Notes: generated by a model from the sequence alone, not told the origin. Counted from the stretch's first letter, positions 18,981-29,765 are shown. The stretch is 64,000 nt of DNA from an uncultured Bdellovibrionales bacterium (GCA_964428075.1 CAYRWQ010000001.1:1806-65805); one strand, 5' to 3'. Made by a program: numbers and translations.

Positions 18981-20480
18981 ATGAAATATTTTGATACCGC
19001 TGGCAATCGATTAGTATTCATGGAGGAAGAAGCATCACCGAAATACTGGGACAGACAATGGGATGTTGAAAATTTTGAGAAAACCGTCAAAGACGGAATA
19101 CATAATAGACTGATCACCAAAACGACTCTTCGATTCATTCATCCTACATCATCAAAAAAAATCTTGGAGGGTGGCTGTGGCAATGGTCAGTTCGTCTACG
19201 CGTTTCATACACTTGGATATGATTCCTATGGCGTGGATTACGCCCAGAAAACTATTGATAAAATACAGAATCTCTTCCCTGAGCTCAAGGTCCGCATCGG
19301 CGATGTCAGACATTTAGATTTTCCAGACGCATATTTTGATGGATATTGGTCAATCGGAGTGATAGAACATTTTTTTGACGGATACGAGTCTATACTAAAT
19401 GAGATACAAAGGGTGATAAAGCCAGGTGGTTTCCTATTCATTACCTTTCCCTATCTCTCCCCATTGAGAAAAATAAAAATAAAACTGGGATGTTATCCAA
19501 TATTCAACAAATGGATCGCCAAACAAAGCACATTTTACCAATTCGCTCTTGAACATCACCAGATCATTCGACAAATCGAGAAACATCACTTCGCTCTCAT
19601 TCAAAAGACTCCCTATGCTGGAACCAAGGGTCTCAAGGACGAAATATCTCTCCTCAGACCACTACTTCAAAAAATTTATGACAGTAAAAACGTACTCCTC
19701 AAAATCGTAAGCTACGGCATATCGATTCTTTTCTCGCCATTCAGTAGTCATTCCATTCTGCTTGTTTTTCAGAACACGGATTTCACTCCGAAAAGAAGAC
19801 CGAGGAGAACGCCCACTCTCTGGGAATTTCCCCTATTTAAAACGATCAACAAGATAATGATCGGGATATTCTGCTGGATAAATAATTTTTCATACAAAGT
19901 GATTAGTTTCCTCGCCATACGGATCAATGGAGGTATCCATCCAAAGCACGAAATATCGGACTACCACACATTCTTTATCGACCATGTGTCAGAAAATGAC
20001 TCCGTACTGGATATAGGTTACGGAAGTGGCTTCGTAGCCTACAACATTGCACAAAAAGCTCGAAAGGTCACCGGGATAGATATCCTAGACAAAAATATCA
20101 TTTTGGCAAAAAAAGAGTACCATAGAGATAATATGACTTTCGTCGAAGGAGATGCCACCACTTTTAACTTTCAAGAAACCTTTGATGTCATCATACTCTC
20201 CAATGTCCTAGAACACATCGAGAAGCGAATTGGCTTCCTCAGAAGAATAAAGAAATTGGCTCCAAAGATGCTCATACGAGTGCCTTTAATTACGCGCGAC
20301 TGGGTCAGTGTTTACAAAAAGAATTCTGGATTCAACTATAAACTCGACAATACCCACTTCATAGAATACACAGAAGAAAGTTTCCGGGAGGAAATGGAAA
20401 TATCCGGATTGAAGATCGAGAGTTTTTGTATAAAATTTGGGGAATTATACGCGGTCATACTCTGTAACACCCCCAAATAA
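18981..20480 (+). CDS. Tandem double class-I SAM methyltransferase
   Basis: Two separate MTase cores: ILEGGCGNGQFV...HLDFPDAYFDGYWSIGVIEH and VLDIGYGSGFVA...DVIILSNVLEHI; N-terminal half is a paralog of 25452..26249; start set at MKYFDT after upstream stop. Confidence 0.75.
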   Translation: MKYFDTAGNRLVFMEEEASPKYWDRQWDVENFEKTVKDGIHNRLITKTTLRFIHPTSSKKILEGGCGNGQFVYAFHTLGYDSYGVDYAQKTIDKIQNLFPELKVRIGDVRHLDFPDAYFDGYWSIGVIEHFFDGYESILNEIQRVIKPGGFLFITFPYLSPLRKIKIKLGCYPIFNKWIAKQSTFYQFALEHHQIIRQIEKHHFALIQKTPYAGTKGLKDEISLLRPLLQKIYDSKNVLLKIVSYGISILFSPFSSHSILLVFQNTDFTPKRRPRRTPTLWEFPLFKTINKIMIGIFCWINNFSYKVISFLAIRINGGIHPKHEISDYHTFFIDHVSENDSVLDIGYGSGFVAYNIAQKARKVTGIDILDKNIILAKKEYHRDNMTFVEGDATTFNFQETFDVIILSNVLEHIEKRIGFLRRIKKLAPKMLIRVPLITRDWVSVYKKNSGFNYKLDNTHFIEYTEESFREEMEISGLKIESFCIKFGELYAVILCNTPK

Positions 20481-20509
20481 TACGCTCATTTTCTCAACTT
20501 TTGGCTTGT

Positions 20510-20538
20510 TTGAAGAATATCTCAATTGATACTATAAT
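20510..20538 (+). promoter_or_regulatory. Sigma70-like promoter TTGAAG-17-TATAAT
   Basis: Read directly; about 25 bp upstream of the 20563 start. Confidence 0.35.
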
Positions 20539-20562
20539 CAGGAATATCTTGACGAACATTCT

Positions 20563-21651
20563 ATGCGTGAAATTTTTCTCGAGTATCTGACGGATCCGAT
20601 CACAAATGGTTCTCTCCAAATGACCATCTTAGAAAAAAGTAATGACCACGTCATCTCCGGTCTCCTGACTTCGGATACCCACTGGTATCCTATCGTCAAT
20701 GGGATACCACGTATGCTGATCGGCCAACTCAAAGAACACTGCTTACAGACTCATCAGACATTCTTCGACAAACATCGCGAGGCGCTTCCTCAATATGTTT
20801 GTCGGGAATGGCAAGCTGCCCTAGAGAGTATCCCGGATCGTGATATCTTCCTTAAACACCAGAAAAAAACAGCTGAGAGTTTTTCCTATGAATGGAAGTA
20901 TATTTACAAAGAGAACACGTACGAAGAGAAGAATTTCTTCCATTTCCTCTCACCTTTCTTAGAAGCAAAAGATCTACACAATAAGAAAACGCTCGACATC
21001 GGCTGTGGTTCTGGTCGCTTCACCAAGTGGGCTGCTCTCTCGGGTACAGAAGTTGCTTTCGGTTCCGATCTTGGTGAAAGCGTTGAAGTCGCCTACGCTA
21101 TGACTCAGGACCTCCCGAATGCCTGCATCGTGCAATCAGATATTTACGCCATGCCTTTCCGTGGCGTATTCGACATCGCGTACTCCATTGGGGTACTCCA
21201 TCACCTGCCACGACCCAAACAAGGATTCTCCAAACTACCCCACGTACTCAAAAAAGGCGGGAAAATGCTCATCTGGGTCTATAGTCGGCGCAACAATGCT
21301 CGCGCACTCTATTTCTACGAGCCACTACGCGAACTACTCAAAAAACTACCGAAACCGTTGCTCTTTAAACTGTGCATTATCCCGGGCGGCATCGTTCATG
21401 GTATCAATCAAACCGCTATACTCCTTCGAAAAATAGGGTTCGTGCAACTCGCTAAACGATTCCCTTTCGCTTATTATGCAAACTTTCCTTTCAACATGAA
21501 ATTAAACGATGCCTTTGATGTCTTAGCAACCCCAAAAAGCAATTATTACTTCTCGGAACACATCCAAGAGTGGTTCAGAGATGCCGCCCTCCAAGAAGTA
21601 GCCACCTTCGAACATCCCGAAGCTGGTATCACCTGTATTGGCACTAAATAG
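20563..21651 (+). CDS. Class-I SAM methyltransferase with Trm112-like N-terminal domain
   Basis: N-terminus WYPIVNGIPRML (Trm112/DUF343-like), core LDIGCGSGRF...DIAYSIGVLHHL. Confidence 0.7.
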   Translation: MREIFLEYLTDPITNGSLQMTILEKSNDHVISGLLTSDTHWYPIVNGIPRMLIGQLKEHCLQTHQTFFDKHREALPQYVCREWQAALESIPDRDIFLKHQKKTAESFSYEWKYIYKENTYEEKNFFHFLSPFLEAKDLHNKKTLDIGCGSGRFTKWAALSGTEVAFGSDLGESVEVAYAMTQDLPNACIVQSDIYAMPFRGVFDIAYSIGVLHHLPRPKQGFSKLPHVLKKGGKMLIWVYSRRNNARALYFYEPLRELLKKLPKPLLFKLCIIPGGIVHGINQTAILLRKIGFVQLAKRFPFAYYANFPFNMKLNDAFDVLATPKSNYYFSEHIQEWFRDAALQEVATFEHPEAGITCIGTK

Positions 21652-22771
21652 CATCCCTGTGTCCCACGCAAAAAAGATTTTTCATCTCATTCAGTCCCTC
21701 GACAACGGTGGGTGCGAAAACATGCTTCTCCGTACCCTGCCCCTCCTCCGAGACTTCGAACATACTATCATTACCCTCAAGGAACCAGGGGTACTCGCGC
21801 CGCAATTGGTTGCCGCCGGTATCACAGTACACACCATTTCCTCGCGTGGTCTGTTCGATATTGCTGGACTGCTCCGTCTCCAAACATTCATCCGAAAAGC
21901 GCACCCGCATCTCATCATCACCTATCTCTTACACGCTGACCTTATTGGCCGGCTTTTTCTATACCAGAAAAATACACCTATTATTCCTTTCCTGCGTACC
22001 ACATACAATCATCCGACATACTTTCCTATCCGTGTTTTTGAACGACTCTCCGCCCCGTTTGTCAAAGAGTATCTCGCTAACTCCGAAGCCGTAAAAGACT
22101 TTTATACTACCACCTATAAAGTTACGCCAGGAAAAATAACCGTGATCGCAAATGGCATAGATATAGAGAGCATCCGTCCTCAATCGCCCTCTCCCGCTCT
22201 CAGGGACTCTCTTGGTATCGCGCCAACAGATATGGTCATCATCTGCGTCGCCAATTTGCATACTAGTAAAGGACACTCCTATCTCCTTGAAGCTTTTGAA
22301 CACTTTTTTCGAACACATCCGAATACCACGCTCTTACTGGTAGGTGATGGAATAGAAAAAGAGAATCTCCAGATACAAATCCGCTCATACACTTCAAAGG
22401 ACAAAATACGGTTTCTGGGTATTCGGACAGATGTACCATTCCTCCTTCGTCTCTCGCATATATTCGTCCTCCCGACTCTGTTTGAGGGAATGAGCAATGC
22501 GCTCATGGAGGCCATGGCTTGTGGACTCCCCGTGATCACAACAACCATCCCAGAAAACGCCGTCCTGATTCAGGATAATGCCACAGGTATACTTGTGCCA
22601 CCGAAAAACAGTACCGTGCTCTGTGAGGCAATTCTGCGGCTTTCAGACCATCCTGCGCTCCGAACACAGATATCCAAAAATGCTCGGCAATACATCGAGG
22701 AACATTTTTCCCTGCAGAAAACAATACAGGCCTGGACACACTTCTGCCATACTCACACACGACCCCTATGA
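21638..22771 (+). CDS. GT4 glycosyltransferase
   Basis: HLIQSLDNGGCE N-terminal motif, C-terminal LPTLFEGMSNALMEAMACGLPVI (EX7E). Confidence 0.8.
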   Translation: MALNSIPVSHAKKIFHLIQSLDNGGCENMLLRTLPLLRDFEHTIITLKEPGVLAPQLVAAGITVHTISSRGLFDIAGLLRLQTFIRKAHPHLIITYLLHADLIGRLFLYQKNTPIIPFLRTTYNHPTYFPIRVFERLSAPFVKEYLANSEAVKDFYTTTYKVTPGKITVIANGIDIESIRPQSPSPALRDSLGIAPTDMVIICVANLHTSKGHSYLLEAFEHFFRTHPNTTLLLVGDGIEKENLQIQIRSYTSKDKIRFLGIRTDVPFLLRLSHIFVLPTLFEGMSNALMEAMACGLPVITTTIPENAVLIQDNATGILVPPKNSTVLCEAILRLSDHPALRTQISKNARQYIEEHFSLQKTIQAWTHFCHTHTRPL

Positions 22772-23562
22772 CCACTCCTCACGTTTCTATCCTCCTCTCG
22801 GTACACAACGGCGCACACACGCTCCATCGCTGCTTGACCAGTATTTACGAACAGACTTTTCAAGATTTTGAAATAGTCTGTGTGAATGACGGTTCCACGG
22901 ATGCCACGGCAGAAATACTGAATACATGGCAAGTAACATTCGGAAGTGAAAAAATGCGCATCCTCACAAATGAGAGCAGTATCGGGCTCACTCGATCACT
23001 CAATCGAGGTCTCGATATCATTGCAGGAACCTACACGGCTCGGATTGACGCAGATGATTTTTGGCACAAAGAAAAATTAGAAAAACAAGTGTACTTTCTC
23101 AAAACGCATCCAGACTATGGCATTATCGGTTGCAATTATACCAATGTCTCATCAGACAGACAGGTGAATATTTCCCTCAAAGAAACGGACGCAGAAATCC
23201 GTCGGAGCATCATCAAAAGAAATCCCTTCGCGCATAGTTGCGTTATATTCCGTACCGAACTGATTAGAACACTCGGAAAGTACAATGAACACATTCGCTA
23301 CGGGCAAGATTATGACCTCTGGCTCAGATGCCTTCCCGAAACAAAATTCTACAATCTCCCTGAATTCCTCTGCACCAGATCGATAGGCCGGGGCATATCT
23401 CTCGAAAAACAAAAAGAGCAAATGTGGCAATCCATAAAAACACAGGTGAAGTACATACGAAAGTATCACTACTCATTCGCCAACTATTTCTTTCTTCTGG
23501 AACCACTCATAGTCATCATGTCACCAACGTGCATAAAGAACGTGAAGAGAAAGATTTGGTAA
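22768..23562 (+). CDS. GT2 glycosyltransferase
   Basis: VSILLSVHNGAHTL...IVCVNDGSTDAT, ARIDADD. Confidence 0.8.
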   Translation: MTTPHVSILLSVHNGAHTLHRCLTSIYEQTFQDFEIVCVNDGSTDATAEILNTWQVTFGSEKMRILTNESSIGLTRSLNRGLDIIAGTYTARIDADDFWHKEKLEKQVYFLKTHPDYGIIGCNYTNVSSDRQVNISLKETDAEIRRSIIKRNPFAHSCVIFRTELIRTLGKYNEHIRYGQDYDLWLRCLPETKFYNLPEFLCTRSIGRGISLEKQKEQMWQSIKTQVKYIRKYHYSFANYFFLLEPLIVIMSPTCIKNVKRKIW

Positions 23563-23586
23563 TATACTTTTAGGTTCATCAAATGC

Positions 23587-24543
23587 TCAGACTAATCTCT
23601 TCTTGATTTGTCGGATGATAACCTCTGTTTCCTTGTGCCTACGACTTACTGCGCTCAAGATCAGTCCAGAGATGATCGCGTTGACACCAACAATCACAAG
23701 CGCGATGGAAAGAATTGCCGTAGGAACACGGGTAATGAATCCGGTAAGATAATACTCCTTGATGACCACGCTCCCGAAAAATACTCCGGCCACCATAAAC
23801 ATTCCCCCTAAATATGAGAAAAATATCATGGGTCGATAGTCCCGCAACAAAGAAACGATTGTCAGAATGATACGTGAACCATCTTTGAGCTTGTTTATTT
23901 TCGAATAGCTCCCTGCTGGTCGATCAGCATACTTCACACGCACCTCCCTAATGGCGTAGCCTCGATCCAAAGACTGCAATGTCAACTCAGTCTCAACCTC
24001 GAATCCTCCCGCGAGCAAAGGGATGCACTGATAAAACTCCTTCTTCATCGCTCGATATCCAGAGAGGATATCCTGATAATGGGTACTAAACAGATAATTT
24101 AAAAGGACGCAGAAAACCGTATTCCCGAAGCGATGCGAATGAGAAAATCCCTTATCCTTTTGATGGAGTCGGTTCCCCACTACCATGTCTGCATTGGCAC
24201 GCGTAATTGGCGCAATCAATCTGTGGACATCTTCAGCAAAATAGGTGGCATCCCCATCCACCATAATGAGAATGTCGGCCTCTAAGGTCCTAAACATACG
24301 TTGCATGACAAAACCCTTCCCCTGTCTGGCTTCATAAAACACCGTCGCACCATTCTCCTCCGCAATACTCACGGTCTTGTCAGAAGAGTTATTATCGAAA
24401 ACGAAAATCTGTGCTTGCGGAAGCTCTCTCCGAAAGTCACGAATTACTTTGGCAATAGTCAACTCCTCGTTGTAACACGGTATAGCCACCGCAATGGTTG
24501 ATCTGTTCCCGACTCGTACACTTGCATCATTCATCATACCCAT
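23587..24543 (-). CDS. GT2 polyprenyl-phosphate glycosyltransferase (GtrB/ArnC-like) with C-terminal TM helices
   Basis: IAVAIPCYNEELTI...IFVFDNNSSDKT, MVDGDATY; two C-terminal TM helices; paralog of 1464..2408. Confidence 0.8.
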   Translation of the reverse strand: MGMMNDASVRVGNRSTIAVAIPCYNEELTIAKVIRDFRRELPQAQIFVFDNNSSDKTVSIAEENGATVFYEARQGKGFVMQRMFRTLEADILIMVDGDATYFAEDVHRLIAPITRANADMVVGNRLHQKDKGFSHSHRFGNTVFCVLLNYLFSTHYQDILSGYRAMKKEFYQCIPLLAGGFEVETELTLQSLDRGYAIREVRVKYADRPAGSYSKINKLKDGSRIILTIVSLLRDYRPMIFFSYLGGMFMVAGVFFGSVVIKEYYLTGFITRVPTAILSIALVIVGVNAIISGLILSAVSRRHKETEVIIRQIKKRLV

Positions 24544-24657
24544 GGATACTCAATCGCATTACTCTCATAACTTTCACAGTCTGTGTATCTTCTCAACTCT
24601 CTCGCTCAGCAACCACATCTCTCTTGCCCATCAAATTTCACTGAAAAACCCCATTTA

Positions 24658-24687
24658 TTGCCTTCTTTAGGATGTTTAGAGTATACT
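24658..24687 (+). promoter_or_regulatory. Candidate promoter TTGCCT-18-TATACT
   Basis: Read directly, about 28 bp upstream of 24715. Confidence 0.25.
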
Positions 24688-24714
24688 GGATTCGAAAAAG
24701 AAACTCAATAACCC

Positions 24715-25449
24715 ATGATACACCTTTTCTCAAGCAATTATCTCGCACGCAAACCAATCGAAAGAGCCGTGCGGGATTTTGCGCGCCGTTTTGAGACACA
24801 ACACAAAATTCTTGATATCGGCTGTGGGAATAAGCCATATGCTCATTATTTTTCCTGTGAGTACATTGGGCTTGATCCATACCCAGGAACCAAAGCGGAT
24901 ATCACCCGAGATGCCTGGGAGAGCGGACTTCCCGATAATTCCTTGGACGGTATCATTTTAAATCAGTCACTCGAGCATATTTCGGATACCGCCTCAACCA
25001 TCAAGGAAATCGAACGCCTGCTCAAACCAGGTGGGTTGGTATTAGTAACGGTTCCACAAACCGTCCGAAATCATGGGATTCCCCTGAAACCCGAGCACGC
25101 TCCCGTTCAAAATTTTTCCTCGGCCGTGCTTCCTTACTGGAATGTTGATTACTGGCGTTTCACGAAATTCGGTCTGGTGCTTCTCTTCAAGAATTTTCAC
25201 ATTGAAGAACTCGAGGAATCAAACACCTATCTCACTACCTTAATCCAGCTCTGGAATTATTTTCTCGCTTCGTTCGGACTCGGCATTCTTTTCGCGCCTG
25301 TCTACTTTTTAAATAACATAGTAGGTATTTTTCTCGATCGGATATGTTTCAGTTTCGGAAAAACACACCTTCCCGGGGTCAAAAAATTTGATCAGCTCAT
25401 CACGCGTGGCCTCACCCTCAACTGTATTCTTATTGCTAGAAAACCATAG
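24715..25449 (+). CDS. Class-I SAM methyltransferase
   Basis: ILDIGCGNKPYA...LDGIILNQSLEHI...LKPGGLVLVTVP. Confidence 0.7.
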   Translation: MIHLFSSNYLARKPIERAVRDFARRFETQHKILDIGCGNKPYAHYFSCEYIGLDPYPGTKADITRDAWESGLPDNSLDGIILNQSLEHISDTASTIKEIERLLKPGGLVLVTVPQTVRNHGIPLKPEHAPVQNFSSAVLPYWNVDYWRFTKFGLVLLFKNFHIEELEESNTYLTTLIQLWNYFLASFGLGILFAPVYFLNNIVGIFLDRICFSFGKTHLPGVKKFDQLITRGLTLNCILIARKP

Positions 25450-25451
25450 AT

Positions 25452-26249
25452 ATGCGCTATTACGATACACGCAATAAACAGCTCATATATATCGAACAGG
25501 CCGCTACCCCCGAATTTTGGGATCACCAATGGGAAGATGAAGAACTCAAAAAAAGTATCCTGGCTGGAGCAAAAGAGCGGTTCGTTTTTTCGAACACAAA
25601 ACGCTACTTAGCACCTGGATCAAAAATATTAGAAGGTGGCTGCGGAAAAGGACAATTTGTCTACTCGCTCCAAAGCCGGGGATATGACGCTCATGGAGTT
25701 GATTTCGCACAAAAAACCGTCGAAAAAGTAACCGGTCTCCTTCCTGCACTCAAAATCCATCTTGGTGATGTCAGACATCTTGACTTCTCGGATGCCTCTT
25801 TTGATGGTTACTGGTCTCTCGGGGTCATCGAACACTTTCTTGAGGGATACGAGGCAATAGCCCTCGAAATGCATCGGGTGCTCAAGCCGGGAGGATACCT
25901 CTTCCTGACTTTCCCCTACATGTCGCCTCTACGACGGCTCAAAGCGTTTTTCTCTGTTTATCCTACGCTACAAAAAAACACGGTTCACCCCTCAAGCTTC
26001 TATCAATTTGCCCTTCCGGCCCCAGCCGTCATCCATACCTTTCAGGCGCTCGGCTTTGATCTGATACGAAAACAACCATACGAGGGATTCAAGGGATTCA
26101 AAGATGAAAGTGGGGTATTAAAACCGTTCCTCCAAAAAATATACAATAATAAAAGCTTGCCGGGTCGTCTTCTCTCGTACATATTTTCAATGCTCTTCGC
26201 TCCCCTGGCCAGTCACACGATCCTTCTCATCCTCCGAAAAAGAGCCTAG
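25452..26249 (+). CDS. Class-I SAM methyltransferase (paralog of N-half of 18981..20480)
   Basis: ILEGGCGKGQFV...HLDFSDASFDGYWSLGVIEH...LKPGGYLFLTFPYMSPLRR; nearly collinear with 18981 protein residues 1-200. Confidence 0.75.
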   Translation: MRYYDTRNKQLIYIEQAATPEFWDHQWEDEELKKSILAGAKERFVFSNTKRYLAPGSKILEGGCGKGQFVYSLQSRGYDAHGVDFAQKTVEKVTGLLPALKIHLGDVRHLDFSDASFDGYWSLGVIEHFLEGYEAIALEMHRVLKPGGYLFLTFPYMSPLRRLKAFFSVYPTLQKNTVHPSSFYQFALPAPAVIHTFQALGFDLIRKQPYEGFKGFKDESGVLKPFLQKIYNNKSLPGRLLSYIFSMLFAPLASHTILLILRKRA

Positions 26250-26252
26250 TCT

Positions 26253-27449
26253 ATGAAACGAAAAATTGTCCTCTTCCAGCCTTATCTTCGTAAACATATT
26301 CTCAATTTTGGAAAATATTTGAAAGACTTCGAATTTGTCGTAGAGCGACCAACGAGTGGGAATTTTTATAAGAGCCAATTGCCTACCTCCTACGAAAAAG
26401 AAATCAACCGTATTAAAACGAACCGCTTCAATAAGTGGCGTCGATTTTTCGGACTGCTCAATGTACGTATAAAATTCGATACAAAAGCTGATTTGTTTTT
26501 TACCTACGGCTGTCTCTTGTTCACCAATAAACCGTACTGTGTGTATGTCGAAAATGGAGTCGCTTTGTACAACTATGATATACGTATCGCTGAACACCCC
26601 CTGGCTCAACTCCTATTTTCTTTTCTGGTGCGCAGGAAAAATCTCCAGAAACTCATTTTCATGAGTGAAGCAGGACAAAAAAGTTTCCTGGCAACCATAC
26701 CATATAGTCGAAAAACACGGGAGATCATTGCCAAAAAATCTATCCAGATCTACCCCCTCATCGAACAGAAAAATGTACATCCAAAAACATTTTCAGGCAC
26801 CCTCAAACTCCTCTTTGCTGGCATGTTCTACATCAAGGGCGGAATCGAACTGGTACACGCCTTTGCCAAGCTACGAGAAAAGTACCATGCGGTAGAGCTC
26901 ACATTGGTTACTCCGTTACACACTCTCAAAGACACCGATGTACAAAGGATATGCGCCATACCCGGCCTCAACCTCCTCGACGCCACACTCAATGAGGCAG
27001 AAATGAATGCCTTGTACGCCAGTCATGATATTTTTCTCCTTCCTACCTATCGCGATGGTTTCGGTCTGGTCCTCGTGGAAGCTATCTCCTGGGGTATGCC
27101 TCTCATTTGTACCGATCAGTACGCAACCACCGAAGTGGCGATATCAGACTTCAATGCTTTTGTATACCCCAACCACCCACTCAAAGATTATGACGAAAAA
27201 ACATATTGCCTGCTCGGAAAATACTACAATCCAAAAGATTTCTACACTGATTATTTCCGTCTTCAGCAAGAAAACGCTCTCAAACCTCTAGAAGATTTTA
27301 TGTACACCTCTATTGAAGCCTTTCTGAAAAATCCAGACCTCATAGGGAAGTTCTCTCAGAACGCCCTAGAGCTCTACACAAAAAAGTTTCACCAAGACCT
27401 CATAACAGAACGTATTCACTCCGTTTTTCTTCGTGCCCTCGCCCAATGA
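26253..27449 (+). CDS. GT4 glycosyltransferase
   Basis: LLPTYRDGFGLVLVEAISWGMPLICTD EX7E-type block. Confidence 0.7.
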   Translation: MKRKIVLFQPYLRKHILNFGKYLKDFEFVVERPTSGNFYKSQLPTSYEKEINRIKTNRFNKWRRFFGLLNVRIKFDTKADLFFTYGCLLFTNKPYCVYVENGVALYNYDIRIAEHPLAQLLFSFLVRRKNLQKLIFMSEAGQKSFLATIPYSRKTREIIAKKSIQIYPLIEQKNVHPKTFSGTLKLLFAGMFYIKGGIELVHAFAKLREKYHAVELTLVTPLHTLKDTDVQRICAIPGLNLLDATLNEAEMNALYASHDIFLLPTYRDGFGLVLVEAISWGMPLICTDQYATTEVAISDFNAFVYPNHPLKDYDEKTYCLLGKYYNPKDFYTDYFRLQQENALKPLEDFMYTSIEAFLKNPDLIGKFSQNALELYTKKFHQDLITERIHSVFLRALAQ

Positions 27450-28450
27450 TTCCCTCTATGAACATTCGTTTTATCACTTCCGTGTTTGGTGATCGGCACG
27501 TCAACATGCTGATTCCGCTCCTCTTTTCCATTGAACAATCAAATCCCCATGTGGCAATCAGTGTTTACTGGGAGGATATCAGTGAAAGCAAAAGATTGTT
27601 GATTAAAAAGGCATATCCGAAGGTAGAATTCATTGATACTCAGTTTGACTTCACTACCGACATTGTAAAAAGGATCTCAAGTAAGACGTTGATTTGGGAA
27701 TTCGCTGCTCACGATAAGCAAAATGACCCAGATTGGCTGTTTTTTATGGATACAGATATGCTCGTTCTGAAAGAGATCGGCTCATTTTTGAAAGGTATCG
27801 ATGCCGATATCGTATATACATTCCGCCAGGGGCAGTTTTGGATCAATAGCGGCATTCTCGCCTGTCGATGGCATGCAGATCGAGCCCGTCTTTTCACCCT
27901 GTGGCGAGAAAAAACACAGGCTGTTCTCAATGATCCGCTTCTTTTCTCCCAAGCCAACGATATAAAACTCCACTACGGGGGCGCCGATCAGATGTCTCTA
28001 CAACAAATACTCGATTACTCTATAGAAAAAAACACCTATACCCTGCCACTCTCCTCTGTTCCCATTCACTTTACAGGAGTCGAGTGCGCACATCTCAACG
28101 AGACGTATTCCGGACCTATTACTGAAAATACGCGCATTATCCACTATAAAGGTGGATGGAGAGATATTCTCTTTTTCGGTGGTGTATTTACCAAGAATCG
28201 TCCGAAACAAGATTCTTGGGAAATGTATATTCTGTATCTCCGTACCTTTCAAAAAGCGGTTCAACATCTCAACACAAACCTGACTACTCACTATTCCTGC
28301 CAAGACTTTGGACTGGTTATACCCTGGTATCTCGATACACGTACTTTGCAAGAAAAACCTCATCGCTACCCCCTCTATATTCTCTGGAAGAATGTACAGA
28401 CTTTTTTCCCACGACTTCGAAAATATCTGAAGGAAAGGTTCTGCATCTAG
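27446..28450 (+). CDS. Hypothetical protein, possible GT-A-like nucleotide-sugar transferase
   Basis: 334 aa soluble; FFMDTDMLV (DXD-like) only; weak. Confidence 0.3.
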   Translation: MIPSMNIRFITSVFGDRHVNMLIPLLFSIEQSNPHVAISVYWEDISESKRLLIKKAYPKVEFIDTQFDFTTDIVKRISSKTLIWEFAAHDKQNDPDWLFFMDTDMLVLKEIGSFLKGIDADIVYTFRQGQFWINSGILACRWHADRARLFTLWREKTQAVLNDPLLFSQANDIKLHYGGADQMSLQQILDYSIEKNTYTLPLSSVPIHFTGVECAHLNETYSGPITENTRIIHYKGGWRDILFFGGVFTKNRPKQDSWEMYILYLRTFQKAVQHLNTNLTTHYSCQDFGLVIPWYLDTRTLQEKPHRYPLYILWKNVQTFFPRLRKYLKERFCI

Positions 28451-28481
28451 ACGTTTACACAGATCACCGCTAGGATGATCA

Positions 28482-29765
28482 TCACGCTTTACCATTCTTT
28501 TTAAAAGAAGAGACGACCACGACTTTTCCTCTCCGTACGAATCGTGAAGAAATCCTACATAAATCGTCCCAAAATACCTCTGAGACTTTTTTTCTACTGA
28601 AGTTATCCTTGACGAAATGGTATCCTTGTTGAGCGATAGCCTGCAATTCACGAGGATGATCCTGATAATAACGTATTCGGGAAACTAAGTCTTCTACGTC
28701 GTTCTCCTTATAGGTGATATAGTGAATTCCCGGTATCATACCAAGATCGGTATACATGGGATGCTCTATCCCGATATACGCACACTGACAAGCCATTCCC
28801 TCAAACACATTCACTGATGGTAACCCAATTATTTCTTCGGGACAGACAAACATCTTATAGGTATTATATTTCTCCACAATGTCGAACTGAAAGTACTCTT
28901 TTTGAGGAACCGGGATGATCCTTTCGAGAATCATATACGGAAGGGTCTTTTTGAGAAGTTGGGTACCGAAGGAGTCATGCTCGTCTCTCTTTTTGAAATC
29001 CTTCACATTTGTAAAACCTTTCATGAAAGAGTCAATCTCTCGAGGAAATGCTTGGTGATGAATATAGAGTATTCTTCTCATTGGGTGTAGCACAGATCCT
29101 TCTCCGAAAAAATCAAAAAAGGCTCTTTCGTCCACAGGACAGAGTGTTCCCAGCGCCATACAGGTATTTCTTCTTTTCCCGAAATCTACTTCTCGCACAA
29201 TGAACCTTTCACTGAGAGCATAGGGTAATTGATATACCGTTTCAACAGTCGGAAAATATTTTTTAAAGAAGGCGTTATTCGTAAGGTCACTTTCAGCAAC
29301 GATAATGCAATGGGGAATCCTTTCTACGTATTTTGAAAGCTTCTTGATCTTCTGGAAATAATGCGTGAAGTGCATACACACAAGACCTGGGAACTTATGC
29401 ACCTCGAATTTCGACTCATTCCTCTTGCTCACATTGATAACAGAACGCGCAAACGTGAAGAGAATATCCTCCTGCGGATTCAATTTTTTGATACTAAAAT
29501 ATACTTTTATATTGAGAGGATTGATCTTGTTGAGCAACATCCATGCCAGAAGCTCTAGGTAAGAAAATCCGAGTGCGAAAAACGGAAAATCTACATTAAA
29601 CGAAGTTCGCGTGCCATCCACATAGAAGGCTACGTTTTTCCGAGCGTCTTTGATATAAAACTGATTGAAAAAATCATATTTCAGATTCATACGTTTGCGG
29701 AAAAGAAGCCCCGAAACAGGGTTTCCGTAGGCAAATGTATGAGGATTGACAAAAATAAGCCTCAT
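28482..29765 (-). CDS. CgeB-like GT-B glycosyltransferase (DUF3880/Glyco_trans_1_2-like C-terminus)
   Basis: C-terminal FVCPEEIIGLPSVNVFEGMACQCAYIG...YYQDHPRELQAIAQQG; paralog of 32972..34255. Confidence 0.5.
   Translation of the reverse strand: MRLIFVNPHTFAYGNPVSGLLFRKRMNLKYDFFNQFYIKDARKNVAFYVDGTRTSFNVDFPFFALGFSYLELLAWMLLNKINPLNIKVYFSIKKLNPQEDILFTFARSVINVSKRNESKFEVHKFPGLVCMHFTHYFQKIKKLSKYVERIPHCIIVAESDLTNNAFFKKYFPTVETVYQLPYALSERFIVREVDFGKRRNTCMALGTLCPVDERAFFDFFGEGSVLHPMRRILYIHHQAFPREIDSFMKGFTNVKDFKKRDEHDSFGTQLLKKTLPYMILERIIPVPQKEYFQFDIVEKYNTYKMFVCPEEIIGLPSVNVFEGMACQCAYIGIEHPMYTDLGMIPGIHYITYKENDVEDLVSRIRYYQDHPRELQAIAQQGYHFVKDNFSRKKVSEVFWDDLCRISSRFVRRGKVVVVSSFKKNGKA

Noticed and set aside
27998..28651. 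217-aa minus-strand ORF
   Set aside because: Almost entirely antisense to the 27446..28450 plus-strand gene, which is start-coupled to the upstream GT4. No domain support. Likely a shadow ORF.
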